Shown here: piece by piece, positions 30,036 through 38,963 of the stretch
Numbering within the stretch: position 1 is the stretch's first letter
How the letters are laid out: each line of letters starts with the position of its first letter
IMG/VR virus record: IMGVR_UViG_3300032225_000686
Source: a virus
Taxonomy: Duplodnaviria; Caudoviricetes
Strand: one strand, 5' to 3'
DNA: 64,000 nt
Notes under the pieces: generated by a model
The model's database searches: none
The model's input: the letters and a program-made list of their open reading frames with translations, nothing else
What the model was told of the DNA's origin: nothing
Translations under genes and position numbers: made by a program

Positions 30036-30036
30036 C

Positions 30037-30267
30037 TCACTCCTCTCTCGGTATCTTGGTTAGTTGCTGACCTCTGAGCATTCCGTTTTGAAACTCTTCA
30101 TCAGAGAAAGCAAGTGTGATTTCCTTTTCATGCAGCATGATATGAATGATGTGCTTGCCATCACCTAACTTGGCAAGAACCGACTCATCGGGCTTGTCTA
30201 TGCCGTCTTCAATAATAGGCTTGGTCGGCTCTTCATTGGCCGATAGCAGTTTTTTCAACCATTTCAT
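30037..30267 (-). CDS. Hypothetical protein
   Basis: Likely start ATG 30267 (MKWLKKLL) after GAGGA; the longer track ORF overlaps the exonuclease. Confidence 0.6.
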   Translation of the reverse strand: MKWLKKLLSANEEPTKPIIEDGIDKPDESVLAKLGDGKHIIHIMLHEKEITLAFSDEEFQNGMLRGQQLTKIPREE

Positions 30268-30919
30268 TGATAGTCCTCTGTAGTTCTTTGAAGTTGTTGT
30301 TTGCCCAATAGTTCTTGATAGCAGCACCGAGACTTTCCTTATATTCCTCGGGCTTCTTCTTGAACACTTGCGTAGTACCATCCTCTGCCGAAATCAGAAT
30401 CACGACCTGCGGAATACGCTCACCATGATTCTCCAACCACATGTACGAATACGCTGCGGTTTGCTCAAAGTAGTTCGTGATCCACTCCTCCTTGCGAGAG
30501 GACTTGGCACTCTTGAAGTCGATGACAGAGAGTACTCCCTCATACTCCCCAATACAGTCGAATCGTCCTGCCATGCGTAGTGTATCAGAACACAGTTGTG
30601 ATTCTTGTGCTATGACCTTGTTGATCTTATTCAGATTCGGAACAAGTTGGTCAAATAGTGCTTGTGCTTTCTCGTCGGTTGTTTTGTACTCCGTACCATC
30701 ATTGAGGTATTCCTCAACCATCGTATGCAGAGCCGTACCACGACGCATAGCCGCCTCGCTAGTCTTTCTGTTTTCGGGGTTCTTTCTCCACTCTTTCCAA
30801 AAGTCTTTCTTGGCAAAACCTGTAACAGTAGTGACCGAAGGATACCAATTACCCGTGTTTGCGGATTGGTAGAAACGGCCCATACCGTCAATTTCAATTG
30901 ACTTTAAAACATGATTCAT
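30233..30919 (-). CDS. PD-(D/E)XK (RecB/Cas4-like) exonuclease
   Basis: YPSVTTV, RGTALH, AGRFDCIGEYEGVLSVIDFKS, YFEQTAAY. Confidence 0.88.
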   Translation of the reverse strand: MNHVLKSIEIDGMGRFYQSANTGNWYPSVTTVTGFAKKDFWKEWRKNPENRKTSEAAMRRGTALHTMVEEYLNDGTEYKTTDEKAQALFDQLVPNLNKINKVIAQESQLCSDTLRMAGRFDCIGEYEGVLSVIDFKSAKSSRKEEWITNYFEQTAAYSYMWLENHGERIPQVVILISAEDGTTQVFKKKPEEYKESLGAAIKNYWANNNFKELQRTINEMVEKTAIGQ

Positions 30920-31179
30920 CAGTAGTCTTTCTTGTGTAGGTCGCTACGGGGATTGCCCTTCTTGATCTTGGAGATGATCTCCTTGAACCCGTTATCGGGT
31001 CTACGAATACCAAGGCGAACAGAATCTATGCATTGCACAGAAGAGGCATCCAACTTGGCTACCTTTTTCTCTCCGCACTTCGGGCAGGGCTTTTTTGTTG
31101 GCTTGTTACGATTCGCTACCGTGTAGAAATCGTCCCATTGATGGTCACAAGCATTACACTTGTATTCGTATAAAGGCAT
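30919..31179 (-). CDS. FmdB-family zinc-ribbon protein
   Basis: MPLYEYKCNAC...CPKCG. Confidence 0.85.
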   Translation of the reverse strand: MPLYEYKCNACDHQWDDFYTVANRNKPTKKPCPKCGEKKVAKLDASSVQCIDSVRLGIRRPDNGFKEIISKIKKGNPRSDLHKKDY

Positions 31180-31188
31180 AATGATCTA

Positions 31189-31755
31189 TTATGTATCTAG
31201 GATGACTAGGGTAGTTGGGGTAAACCATCGTGGGCGAGAACGATTCTTCCACTTGGCAAACCCCTTCTTTTCGATGTTGTAGTAACTGCGGTATGCCGAT
31301 ACGGTATTGCCCATAATCTTACAATGATTGGGCATAGCCTGTGGTATTTCGGTCAAGCCTTTGGACTTGATGTTTTGGGGCAGAGTGGCTAGCAGAGTCT
31401 TTAGATCAGACTCCACTTTGTGTACCTTGCCATACCTGTGCGTATACTCGTCCATGAGGTGAACCATGAGGGCATAAAGCCACTCGTAGTTCTGTTTGGA
31501 CTCTCTCGCCCAAATGGCGGATGGGTGGTTTACATGAGTAGCGAAATACAGTCGCTCATTCAACAAGGGGTCAGGAAGAATCCACCGACTAACCTTCCTG
31601 TTGGTCTTGGACAGGGACATGACTTCTTCACCGTCTAACACCCGATGGGCAGTAGATAGCAGTTGAGCGTACTCAAGAATCATCTTGACTACATGCTTGT
31701 CACAATGGTACTGTGCTGCCGTTTTGGGGCAGGTATCTAATGCGAAGATGTTCAT
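31189..31755 (-). CDS. Pyrimidine-dimer DNA glycosylase (DenV-like) family protein
   Basis: MNIFALD..AAQYHCDKHVVKMILEYAQLLSTAH, THVNHPSAIWARES, PQAMP, AYRSYY. Start placed at ATG 31755 (leaderless). Confidence 0.75.
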   Translation of the reverse strand: MNIFALDTCPKTAAQYHCDKHVVKMILEYAQLLSTAHRVLDGEEVMSLSKTNRKVSRWILPDPLLNERLYFATHVNHPSAIWARESKQNYEWLYALMVHLMDEYTHRYGKVHKVESDLKTLLATLPQNIKSKGLTEIPQAMPNHCKIMGNTVSAYRSYYNIEKKGFAKWKNRSRPRWFTPTTLVILDT

Positions 31756-31761
31756 GGTATT

Positions 31762-31790
31762 ATTATAGCACAAGAGCCTTGCCGAAGCAA
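31762..31790 (-). promoter_or_regulatory. Sigma70-like promoter TTGCTT-17-(TGc)TATAAT, leaderless
   Basis: ATG lies 6 nt after the -10 box; extended -10 TG present. Confidence 0.75.
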
Positions 31791-31793
31791 GGC
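31776..31793 (-). terminator. C(UUCG)G hairpin, probable terminator overlapping the promoter
   Basis: GCCTTGC-TTCG-GCAAGGC on minus, just downstream of the acidic ORF; U-tract weak. Confidence 0.5.
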
Positions 31794-31825
31794 CCTTATG
31801 TCGGTTTTCACATCCGTGAGTTTAG

Positions 31826-32113
31826 TTAGTCCTCTTCGGACTCGTCATCATCATCGAAGACGAAGCCATCATCATCGTCAAACTCCTCGGTGGGTTCGTC
31901 CCTGTTGTGGCTAGACCAATTATGTTCCCAATCGTTGGTCTCATCGTTGGTTTGGTTCTGACGGTGGTCGGGAAGGTTTACACCCTCTGCGTCATCGTCA
32001 TCATCCGCGAACTGATGCTCATCGTCATCGTAGCCGTCCTCGTCGGGGTCAAAAAACTCACCCTCTTCGGCGAGGAAATCTTCTACATCTTCGTTCATCG
32101 GATCAGCGTCCAC
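31826..32113 (-). CDS. Extremely acidic small protein
   Basis: GTG at 32113 with SD AAGGAG 7 nt upstream; 95 aa, 44 Asp/Glu, no Lys. Confidence 0.7.
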   Translation of the reverse strand: MDADPMNEDVEDFLAEEGEFFDPDEDGYDDDEHQFADDDDDAEGVNLPDHRQNQTNDETNDWEHNWSSHNRDEPTEEFDDDDGFVFDDDDESEED

Positions 32114-32336
32114 GGTTGTTCTCCTTCTTGGGAGCAGCGTAAGAAACCACATCGGTATTCTTGATCCACCGCTGCTCATATGGGTGAGTGTTCTCAATCG
32201 TGTCAGGCTCATGGAACGAGACAAGATACTGCGGACCATGATTGTGGTCACGCTCGGTGCGGATAACCATACCCGCTCGCTCTTCCGAATTACACCAAAC
32301 CTTCGTACCCGGCGTGAGGAACTCTTCCTGTGCCAT
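32103..32336 (-). CDS. Hypothetical small protein (SH3-like beta fold possible)
   Basis: 77 aa with SD AAGGA; first gene behind the leftward early promoter. Confidence 0.65.
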   Translation of the reverse strand: MAQEEFLTPGTKVWCNSEERAGMVIRTERDHNHGPQYLVSFHEPDTIENTHPYEQRWIKNTDVVSYAAPKKENNRGR

Positions 32337-32396
32337 AGGTATCCTTTGCTAAAGCGGGGATCACTACAGGTGAACCCCAAATGCTTCAATACTAAT

Positions 32397-32424
32397 ATAA
32401 TAGCACAGGCAATCCATAAGTCAA
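32397..32424 (-). promoter_or_regulatory. Sigma70-like promoter TTGACT-16-(TGc)TATTAT
   Basis: Leftward member of a divergent promoter pair. Confidence 0.65.
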
Positions 32425-32428
32425 GGGC

Positions 32429-32456
32429 TTGACATCACTTTTTTTGGAGTTATACT
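32429..32456 (+). promoter_or_regulatory. Sigma70-like promoter TTGACA-16-TATACT, leaderless
   Basis: ATG at 32464 is 7 nt after the -10 box. Confidence 0.78.
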
Positions 32457-32463
32457 AGAACGC

Positions 32464-33597
32464 ATGGCTAACAAAATTGAACAGCAGTATTGGGGAAGCG
32501 AGCCTCCTTGGGATCACCTTCCCCGAGACCCGAAAGACCCCAAGATCGCCACGCAGTATTGCAGGGCGGTTCAATGGTATCACAATATGTCGGATACCGA
32601 TGACCATAAGAAGTGGGTCATAGAGTGGATGTCCGATAACAAGTACAAGGCTGATGCCCTAGCCGCTGTAAAGAAGTTGGCTGATGTAAGTCTTTATCCG
32701 GGAGACAATCCTGATCTGCCCGTAGGCATCATTACAGGTCCAATAGCACGAATGCTGACCTTGGGTGCTCCTCTTATGCCTCAACAGGTAGATTCCTTCC
32801 GTAAGGCTATCCTGACCCTTATAGAGAAGGGTAAGAAGCAGAAGGACGCGCCCGCAGGCGCGCCCGCGCCCGCCCGTGCGAGCGTGAGAGACTATGTTAA
32901 AGATCAGGTCCGAGAACTGATTGAAGAGATTGAGTTGGTCTACGATTCCATCCTGCTAGGCAAACCCGTCAAGTGGGAATGCTCCGACTTCATCAAGTCT
33001 CGTCAAGTCAAGCCCATGCAAGCCCACATGATTGCGGATTGGTTTGACCATTCTCTGCAAGACATCAAGGCAGTAATCGGTGGCTCTGCGGACGATCAAT
33101 TAAAGGAAGGCTACTCTGTTTATACCAAGTCTCAACTGAAGAAGTGTATGGCTTGGCTTACACATGTAGTGGATACTTGCCGAGAGATGAAGCGACCGAC
33201 TCCTATCCGTAGGGTTCGTCGCAGAAAGTCTCCGATTGATCGCGTGAAGAGTATGAAGTGGAAGAAGTCCGATACTGATCTTGGTGTGGAGTCTATTCAC
33301 CCTAGCCGTATGATTGGTGCATCCAAGGTTGTTCTGTTCAACACTAAGACCCGAGTAGTAACCCTACTAGAGGCAGAGAATGCTGATGGTCTTGATGTGA
33401 AGGGAACATCTGTGGTATCCTTTGACTCCAAGGGCTGTAAGTGCAAAAAGGTACGAAAGCCCAAGGAATTCATCAAGGCAATCAAGGATGGCGGTATTCG
33501 TGCATTCAAGAATGCCTTTGACGCACTAAAAACCGATGAAAAGATCGGCAAGGGCAGAACTAACGAAGACACCATTATTCTTACAGTCTACAAGTGA
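32464..33597 (+). CDS. Hypothetical early protein of a type seen in T4-like phages
   Basis: 377 aa; QLKEGYS, SIHPSRMIGASKVVLFNTKTR, GLDVKGTS, GRTNEDTIIL. Confidence 0.8.
   Translation: MANKIEQQYWGSEPPWDHLPRDPKDPKIATQYCRAVQWYHNMSDTDDHKKWVIEWMSDNKYKADALAAVKKLADVSLYPGDNPDLPVGIITGPIARMLTLGAPLMPQQVDSFRKAILTLIEKGKKQKDAPAGAPAPARASVRDYVKDQVRELIEEIELVYDSILLGKPVKWECSDFIKSRQVKPMQAHMIADWFDHSLQDIKAVIGGSADDQLKEGYSVYTKSQLKKCMAWLTHVVDTCREMKRPTPIRRVRRRKSPIDRVKSMKWKKSDTDLGVESIHPSRMIGASKVVLFNTKTRVVTLLEAENADGLDVKGTSVVSFDSKGCKCKKVRKPKEFIKAIKDGGIRAFKNAFDALKTDEKIGKGRTNEDTIILTVYK
32847..32890. repeat. GC-rich CGCGCCCGY motif island (double)
   Basis: CGCGCCCGCAGGCGCGCCCGCGCCCGCCCGTGCGAGCGTGAGAG. Confidence 0.75.
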
Positions 33598-33602
33598 GAT
33601 CG

Positions 33603-33610
33603 TATAAATA
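33603..33610 (+). promoter_or_regulatory. Late promoter TATAAATA
   Basis: Exact consensus upstream of the 33638-35453 cluster that includes the glycosyltransferase. Confidence 0.8.
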
Positions 33611-33637
33611 GTCTCGTCATCATGAAGGAGCGAAACA

Positions 33638-34069
33638 ATGAAACTACTCGTATCTGAAATACTAGCCAAAGTAGCAACAGCGGAAACAGAGGCGAAGAAG
33701 ATCAACCTCCTTCGTGAGAACTACTCTCCTGCATTGGAAGATGTCCTTCATTGGGCATATGATCCAAACATCAAGTTCTTTACAAATAAGGTTCCGCCGT
33801 ACACCCCCGATCAGTCTCCTGATGGATTGGCGATGACCACATTTTATTCGGAACACAAGAGACTCTACTTGTTCCTAGAACAAACAAAAATTGATGCTGC
33901 CCGAAAGAACATTTTGCTCATTCAAATGCTTGAGGCTTTGAGTGGAGCAGAGTCAAAGATTCTAGAGAACATCCTTCTCAAGAACATCCCCGAGGTCTCA
34001 AAAGATCTTGCAGAGAAGGCTTATCCGGGTCTACTTCAAAGACCTATTCGTATCCCTGTGGAGGCTTAA
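33638..34069 (+). CDS. Hypothetical protein (DUF6433-like)
   Basis: LLVSEILAKV..KKINLLR..AYDPNIKF..PPY..LYLF..LIQMLEAL; SD AAGGAG. Confidence 0.75.
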   Translation: MKLLVSEILAKVATAETEAKKINLLRENYSPALEDVLHWAYDPNIKFFTNKVPPYTPDQSPDGLAMTTFYSEHKRLYLFLEQTKIDAARKNILLIQMLEALSGAESKILENILLKNIPEVSKDLAEKAYPGLLQRPIRIPVEA

Positions 34070-34074
34070 ATCAC

Positions 34075-34242
34075 ATGAGTCGCAACAATGAATACCGAGA
34101 GTGGGAAGATCACGATTCCCGCAAGACTCGCAATTCTACGAACAAGAAGAAGAAGAACAGTTCGAAGAATTGGATGGAACGCTATGCAAAAGATTATGAT
34201 GACGATCAGTACGAAAACCGAGAAAAATTTCGGGGACGCTGA
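34075..34242 (+). CDS. Small charged hypothetical protein (55 aa, below the track cutoff)
   Basis: SD GGAGG at 34060-34064; MSRNNEYREWEDHDSRKTRNSTNKKKKNSSKNWMERYAKDYDDDQYENREKFRGR. Confidence 0.65.
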   Translation: MSRNNEYREWEDHDSRKTRNSTNKKKKNSSKNWMERYAKDYDDDQYENREKFRGR

Positions 34243-34289
34243 TCCATCACATACATATAAAGAATCCTTTCTCATAATGGAGATATACA

Positions 34290-35453
34290 ATGCCTGACAC
34301 TACTACGCCAAAGAAGAAGATTGCTCTTTGCATGATTGTGAAGAATGAGGCTCATGTAATTGAGCGTTGTTTGACTTCGGTTCTCCCTGTCATTGATAAA
34401 TGGGTTATCTGTGATACGGGATCGACCGATGGAACTCAAGATAAAATTAAGAAGTTCTTTGAAAACGCGGGCATTCCCGGGGAACTACATGAGCGTACTT
34501 GGGTTGACTTCGGTACTAATAGAAGCGAAGTCCTAGAGTTTGCTCACAAGCAAACCGATATAGACTACTGCTTGATGATTGACTCCGATGAGGTTTTGGT
34601 TTTTGACCCCGGATTTGATCCTGACAAGTTCAAGGAAAGTCTTACAGCGGACCTGTACAATGTGTTTGCCTTCTATGGCAACACTCGTTACCACCGTCCA
34701 CAGTTGACTAGCAACAAGTTGCGATACTACTACCGTGGTGTTCTACATGAATATGTTGATTGCCATGACGAGATCAAGACCCGCGACTTTGCCCGTGGCT
34801 TCACAAACACTCCAATTCAGGACGGTGCTCGTTCTCAAAATCCAGACAAGTACAAGAAGGATGCCGAAGTATTTGAGAATGCTCTTGCTAGTGGTAAGGT
34901 AGAAGAGAAGGATTTCAACCGTTACCACTTCTATCTTGCTCAGTCGTATCGTGACTCACAGCAATGGGAAAAGTCTCTTGAGGCTTATCTCAAGAGAGCC
35001 TCTCTTGGTGGTTGGAACGAAGAAATCTTCTACAGCCTATTCCAAGTTGGCAGAATTCGTGAAATTCTAAAGCATGGAGTGGACGATATTGTTGCTTCGT
35101 ATTTCCAAGCATATCAGGCCGCTCCGTGGAGAGCCGAAAGCCTGTGGGCTGCGGCTAGAGTTTGTCGTATTATGAATAGATTTGACCAAGCCTATCGTTT
35201 TGCCAAATTGGCTATGTCGGTCAGATGCCCAGAAGGTGCTTTGTTTGTTGCCCAACCAGTCTACGATTGGATGATTTTGGACGAATACGCCATCTCTGCT
35301 TATTGGACCGAACGATATAAGGAATCTCGTATGGCTTGTCAGAAACTACTGGCTGAAAACAAGTTCCCTGAAGATCAGAAGCAGAGAATTGAAGCCAACC
35401 TAAAGTTTGCTACCGACAAGATCATGGAAGAGTCGGGAATGTTAGTCGGGTAA
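34290..35453 (+). CDS. Glycosyltransferase family 2 with C-terminal TPR repeats (GmaR/flagellin O-glycosyltransferase-like)
   Basis: IALCMIVKNEAHVIERCL..VICDTGSTDGT, WVDFGTNR, DxD motif MIDSDE, YRGVLHE; TPR-like helices RYHFYLAQSYRD..AYLKRA and AYQAAPWRAE. Confidence 0.92.
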   Translation: MPDTTTPKKKIALCMIVKNEAHVIERCLTSVLPVIDKWVICDTGSTDGTQDKIKKFFENAGIPGELHERTWVDFGTNRSEVLEFAHKQTDIDYCLMIDSDEVLVFDPGFDPDKFKESLTADLYNVFAFYGNTRYHRPQLTSNKLRYYYRGVLHEYVDCHDEIKTRDFARGFTNTPIQDGARSQNPDKYKKDAEVFENALASGKVEEKDFNRYHFYLAQSYRDSQQWEKSLEAYLKRASLGGWNEEIFYSLFQVGRIREILKHGVDDIVASYFQAYQAAPWRAESLWAAARVCRIMNRFDQAYRFAKLAMSVRCPEGALFVAQPVYDWMILDEYAISAYWTERYKESRMACQKLLAENKFPEDQKQRIEANLKFATDKIMEESGMLVG

Positions 35454-35474
35454 TCTTCGCAGGCTCTAGGTGCT

Positions 35475-35482
35475 ACTAAATA
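35475..35482 (+). promoter_or_regulatory. Late promoter ACTAAATA
   Basis: Upstream of the tail fibre gene. Confidence 0.7.
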
Positions 35483-35511
35483 GTCCCTAGAGATAGCGAG
35501 GGTATACCAAC

Positions 35512-38500
35512 ATGGCATTTTCTACTTCCCGTGGCGGGGTTCAGATTATACAACAGCCTCCTCAAACGACGCTGTTAAAAAAATACACGGATCTTAACCA
35601 ATCCTTACAGAACTCCCAAAATTACGGAGCCGCTGTATACATTGACGATGACGGTAGCCTAAACCTAGCAAAGGCTAATATTTGGCAAAACGCCCAAACT
35701 GTCGGAGTTGTTCAGGGTGGGTATACCGCAAACGGCATGTGGCATTTGGAGATTGTCTACCAAGGTGAGATTACTTTCCCTAACGGTGCTACTTCCACAT
35801 TCCTAAAGTTTCCTCTCGTTACTGGAGATACCTATTACCTATCCACAGGATTGAGTGGTGGTCTCACAGGAGCACCCCCATCGACATCAACGGTTGTTCA
35901 ACCAATGATGGTGGCTACAGATTCCTATTCGGGTATCGTAGTTAATGGTCTTCCTGCTGCATCAGTACTTCTTGGTAATACACAGGTTTCAATTTTTAGT
36001 CCTGTGGGTAGCGTTATGCCGTTCATGGGAACTCCCGACAAAGTGCCGGGTAATTACCTGTTATGCGTTGGGGATTCTTTCCCCAAAGGAACAACCAGTT
36101 CAGATACCTACAACGATCTATATTCCTCTATTCGTGAGAAGTATAGCATATTAGGATTGATTCGTTCAGGAACAACAGGAACTACGGGATATGTAAGATT
36201 TGACGGCTCTGTGGATGATGCTGCGCTTATTTCCGCAGGAAGTCCCGGAAGCACAAAGAATCACTCTCTAGCAAACAACCAAGTTTACAAGATGGTTTGG
36301 GGAACTAAAGAAGCAGTAGTGAAGGTATACTCTGCTACAGGTGCATCAACCGATGTAACTTTCCAATTCCTCAAAGGTATAACAGGATGGGCTGCGGGTG
36401 CTTCATCATTCTCTGGACTCGTTGATGGAACAGAAATCTACCTGAAGTCTCTAAAGACAGCAGAGGTTTCCGGATATACCTCCGACAATTTCTTTGTTCC
36501 TGATCTTCGTGGAAGAGCCTTAATGGGTGCAGGCAAGGGAAGAGGACTAACTGCACACACCTTGGGCGAGATGGGAGGAGAAGAGACTCATCTATTGACT
36601 TCTTCAGAAATACCCTCACACAGCCACGAAATTCCAATCAGAAGTAATGTTGCGGGTGGAGCAGGATCAATTCCTCCTGCACTACAGCAAACCATAGGAT
36701 CAGGAGTTACTGCTTCTGGTGTAAACAGCGTAAACACCAATGTATGGCAGGCAAATAAAGCACTATCCTTACCCACGGGTGGAGCAGAAGCACATCAAAA
36801 TCTACCACCATACATTTCCGCAAATTGGATCATTCGCTACAAATCAAACAAGGGCAATCCGGGAGTTGAAGTCGGTCCTCAAGGTCCGGCTGGCGCACAG
36901 GGAATAACAGGGTTAAACGGAGGAACTGGACCAACAGGGTCTACAGGATATTCTCTCGGAACACTATCTTATCGTTATAGTTCAAATTCGACAGTATCTT
37001 CTGGATATTTCTACTACGATACCGTAGCCAAAATACTTTACATAAATTCCACAGATATCGCGTCAAACGAATTATCTCCTCTCTTTGATACTTGGGGATT
37101 GCCTACTTCATTCACGAAGGGGACTCTTTATATCAGAGATGCCGTGACTCTGAATGCAATTAGAGTGCTTGGAATTGTAACAGCACCCGCAAAAGTCGGT
37201 AGTGTCTATAGAATGAATGCTACTGTAGATTTGGGTGGTTCTCTCAGTTTTACAAGTGGAAGATTGTATAATTTGATTTGGGTTCCTTCGGGTAATAAGG
37301 GAACTGATGGAGTCAGCATTACTGGTCCAACAGGAATTGGAACTGTTGGAGCAACAGGAAATACAGGTGCTACCGGTCCAACGGGAGCCTGTGTTTGCCC
37401 AGTAGATGCTTGGGGGGACTCTAGTGTAAAAACTGTATATTTGAATGTAAATGGAGTTGTTGAGCAAGGAGGGGGTAATGTATTCCCCAACTATTTCTCA
37501 GGAGAAGCGGGCAATCCAACAAATTGGTTAAGTTGGACACAATCGACTCAAGGTAAATACACAGCAAAAAGATCATCTCCTATTAATCTCTCCAGACTAA
37601 TATCAAACAGCGTAGATACATCTTTCCAAGTGAAGAGACCATGTGGTGGAAACGATTGTGATGATTCTAGCCAAACAGTATCTCTACTATATCAAACAGC
37701 AGCATCCAACACTCTAGAAAAGATAAAAGCGGTTGGGCTAGTGTTATCTTCAGGACAGTACACCATAAACAATCCTATTTTGGCTTCTAATGGTAACTAC
37801 TTCATCTGTGCTGAATCCGGATCATATCAACAAATAGACCCCGATGGACTTTCCGCATCAAACTCAGGAAATACCATAACAATTGATATCACATCAGACA
37901 TTTCAAATGTTGCTGTTGGTGATTATCTGAGTCTAACATCGGAGACATTCGCTGGAGGAATTAGTGGTTTTACTGGCTCAGACACATATACAGGATCTAA
38001 TTCCTTGTGTGGTCTGTATACCGTAACATCAATAGACACAAATAACGGTATTGTTAGAGCAAATGGAATAGTAGCAAATGGTGCTTCAGGTGCTTCGGTT
38101 TTCTCTGGCTATATTCCTTCTGGCAATCTTGGTCACTACAATGTATACAAAACATCAGTTGTATTCAACAATACTGACGGGTTTATAGTAGACCCCAGCG
38201 CAACATTGACCTTGGGCAAAACTTATGGTGGTACAGGAAATCCGTTTGTCATAGTCTTTGCTAACGGTACAAGTGGTGGTGCTGCGTCAAAGGCGGTTAT
38301 CTGTGATGGTGGTAAAGTAAATATGGAAGCAGGAATGGCCATTTACGGAACACCCATAAATGGTGCGGGTATTTATAGCAATGGTGGAAGAGTTGTTGCC
38401 GATAGAGTAGTAGCATCAAAAAATGGTGTTGCGGTGTATGCAGAAAACTCATCAGTAACACTAAAGTCCCCCACACTAGCACAAAATACCACAGCAATAG

Positions 38501-38946
38501 TTGCTAATAGAAATGGTCTAATAGATGTGGTGGGTTTATCAGGAGCAACATATGACTACACGGTTATTGCAAACAATAGAACAGCAGGAGTTGTTTCTGC
38601 AACAACCGTCGATGTATCTGACCCGAGATTCCATCTGTTGATAAGTGACTATCAGCAAGGAATACTTGCTACAAATCAAGCATCAGTTTCGATAGCACCC
38701 GGAACAACATCATCATACTCAAGTGTAATTTCCGGATATTTGCCTGTAAGTGGATTAGAAACTTCCGAACCAAAACCTGTAGTTATACGAATGGTGGATT
38801 CAAACTATAGGATAGTATCGAATAGGCTTGCAGGATTGCTTTCTGTAACTGGAGGATTCCTTGCTTCGTCAACATCTCTCACCGGAAATACCACCACAAT
38901 AAGCGGTCCTACTAGGGTATACCCCAACCAAGATTTAAGTCTATGA
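35512..38946 (+). CDS. Tail fibre: collar domain, collagen-like GxT segments, beta-helix-like C-terminus
   Basis: PVGSVMPF..YLLCVG, FVPDLRGR..GGEETHLLT..IPSHSH..HQNLPPY; GPQGPAGAQGITG and GPTG..GATGNTGATGPTG. Confidence 0.85.
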   Translation: MAFSTSRGGVQIIQQPPQTTLLKKYTDLNQSLQNSQNYGAAVYIDDDGSLNLAKANIWQNAQTVGVVQGGYTANGMWHLEIVYQGEITFPNGATSTFLKFPLVTGDTYYLSTGLSGGLTGAPPSTSTVVQPMMVATDSYSGIVVNGLPAASVLLGNTQVSIFSPVGSVMPFMGTPDKVPGNYLLCVGDSFPKGTTSSDTYNDLYSSIREKYSILGLIRSGTTGTTGYVRFDGSVDDAALISAGSPGSTKNHSLANNQVYKMVWGTKEAVVKVYSATGASTDVTFQFLKGITGWAAGASSFSGLVDGTEIYLKSLKTAEVSGYTSDNFFVPDLRGRALMGAGKGRGLTAHTLGEMGGEETHLLTSSEIPSHSHEIPIRSNVAGGAGSIPPALQQTIGSGVTASGVNSVNTNVWQANKALSLPTGGAEAHQNLPPYISANWIIRYKSNKGNPGVEVGPQGPAGAQGITGLNGGTGPTGSTGYSLGTLSYRYSSNSTVSSGYFYYDTVAKILYINSTDIASNELSPLFDTWGLPTSFTKGTLYIRDAVTLNAIRVLGIVTAPAKVGSVYRMNATVDLGGSLSFTSGRLYNLIWVPSGNKGTDGVSITGPTGIGTVGATGNTGATGPTGACVCPVDAWGDSSVKTVYLNVNGVVEQGGGNVFPNYFSGEAGNPTNWLSWTQSTQGKYTAKRSSPINLSRLISNSVDTSFQVKRPCGGNDCDDSSQTVSLLYQTAASNTLEKIKAVGLVLSSGQYTINNPILASNGNYFICAESGSYQQIDPDGLSASNSGNTITIDITSDISNVAVGDYLSLTSETFAGGISGFTGSDTYTGSNSLCGLYTVTSIDTNNGIVRANGIVANGASGASVFSGYIPSGNLGHYNVYKTSVVFNNTDGFIVDPSATLTLGKTYGGTGNPFVIVFANGTSGGAASKAVICDGGKVNMEAGMAIYGTPINGAGIYSNGGRVVADRVVASKNGVAVYAENSSVTLKSPTLAQNTTAIVANRNGLIDVVGLSGATYDYTVIANNRTAGVVSATTVDVSDPRFHLLISDYQQGILATNQASVSIAPGTTSSYSSVISGYLPVSGLETSEPKPVVIRMVDSNYRIVSNRLAGLLSVTGGFLASSTSLTGNTTTISGPTRVYPNQDLSL

Positions 38947-38963
38947 ATTTAGGATTATAAACC

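Noticed and set aside
30233-30919. Cas4 / CRISPR adaptation module
   Set aside because: No array or other cas genes, and no Fe-S cysteine set; matches the ordinary T4-like exonuclease.
32114-32389. N-terminal half of the 187-aa track ORF
   Set aside because: Overlaps the better-supported 32103-32336 gene; the acidic protein has its own SD and GTG at 32113.
34066-34297. Track ORFs 34088-34297 (+) and 34066-34290 (-)
   Set aside because: The 55-aa ORF at 34075-34242 has the SD and a more plausible composition.
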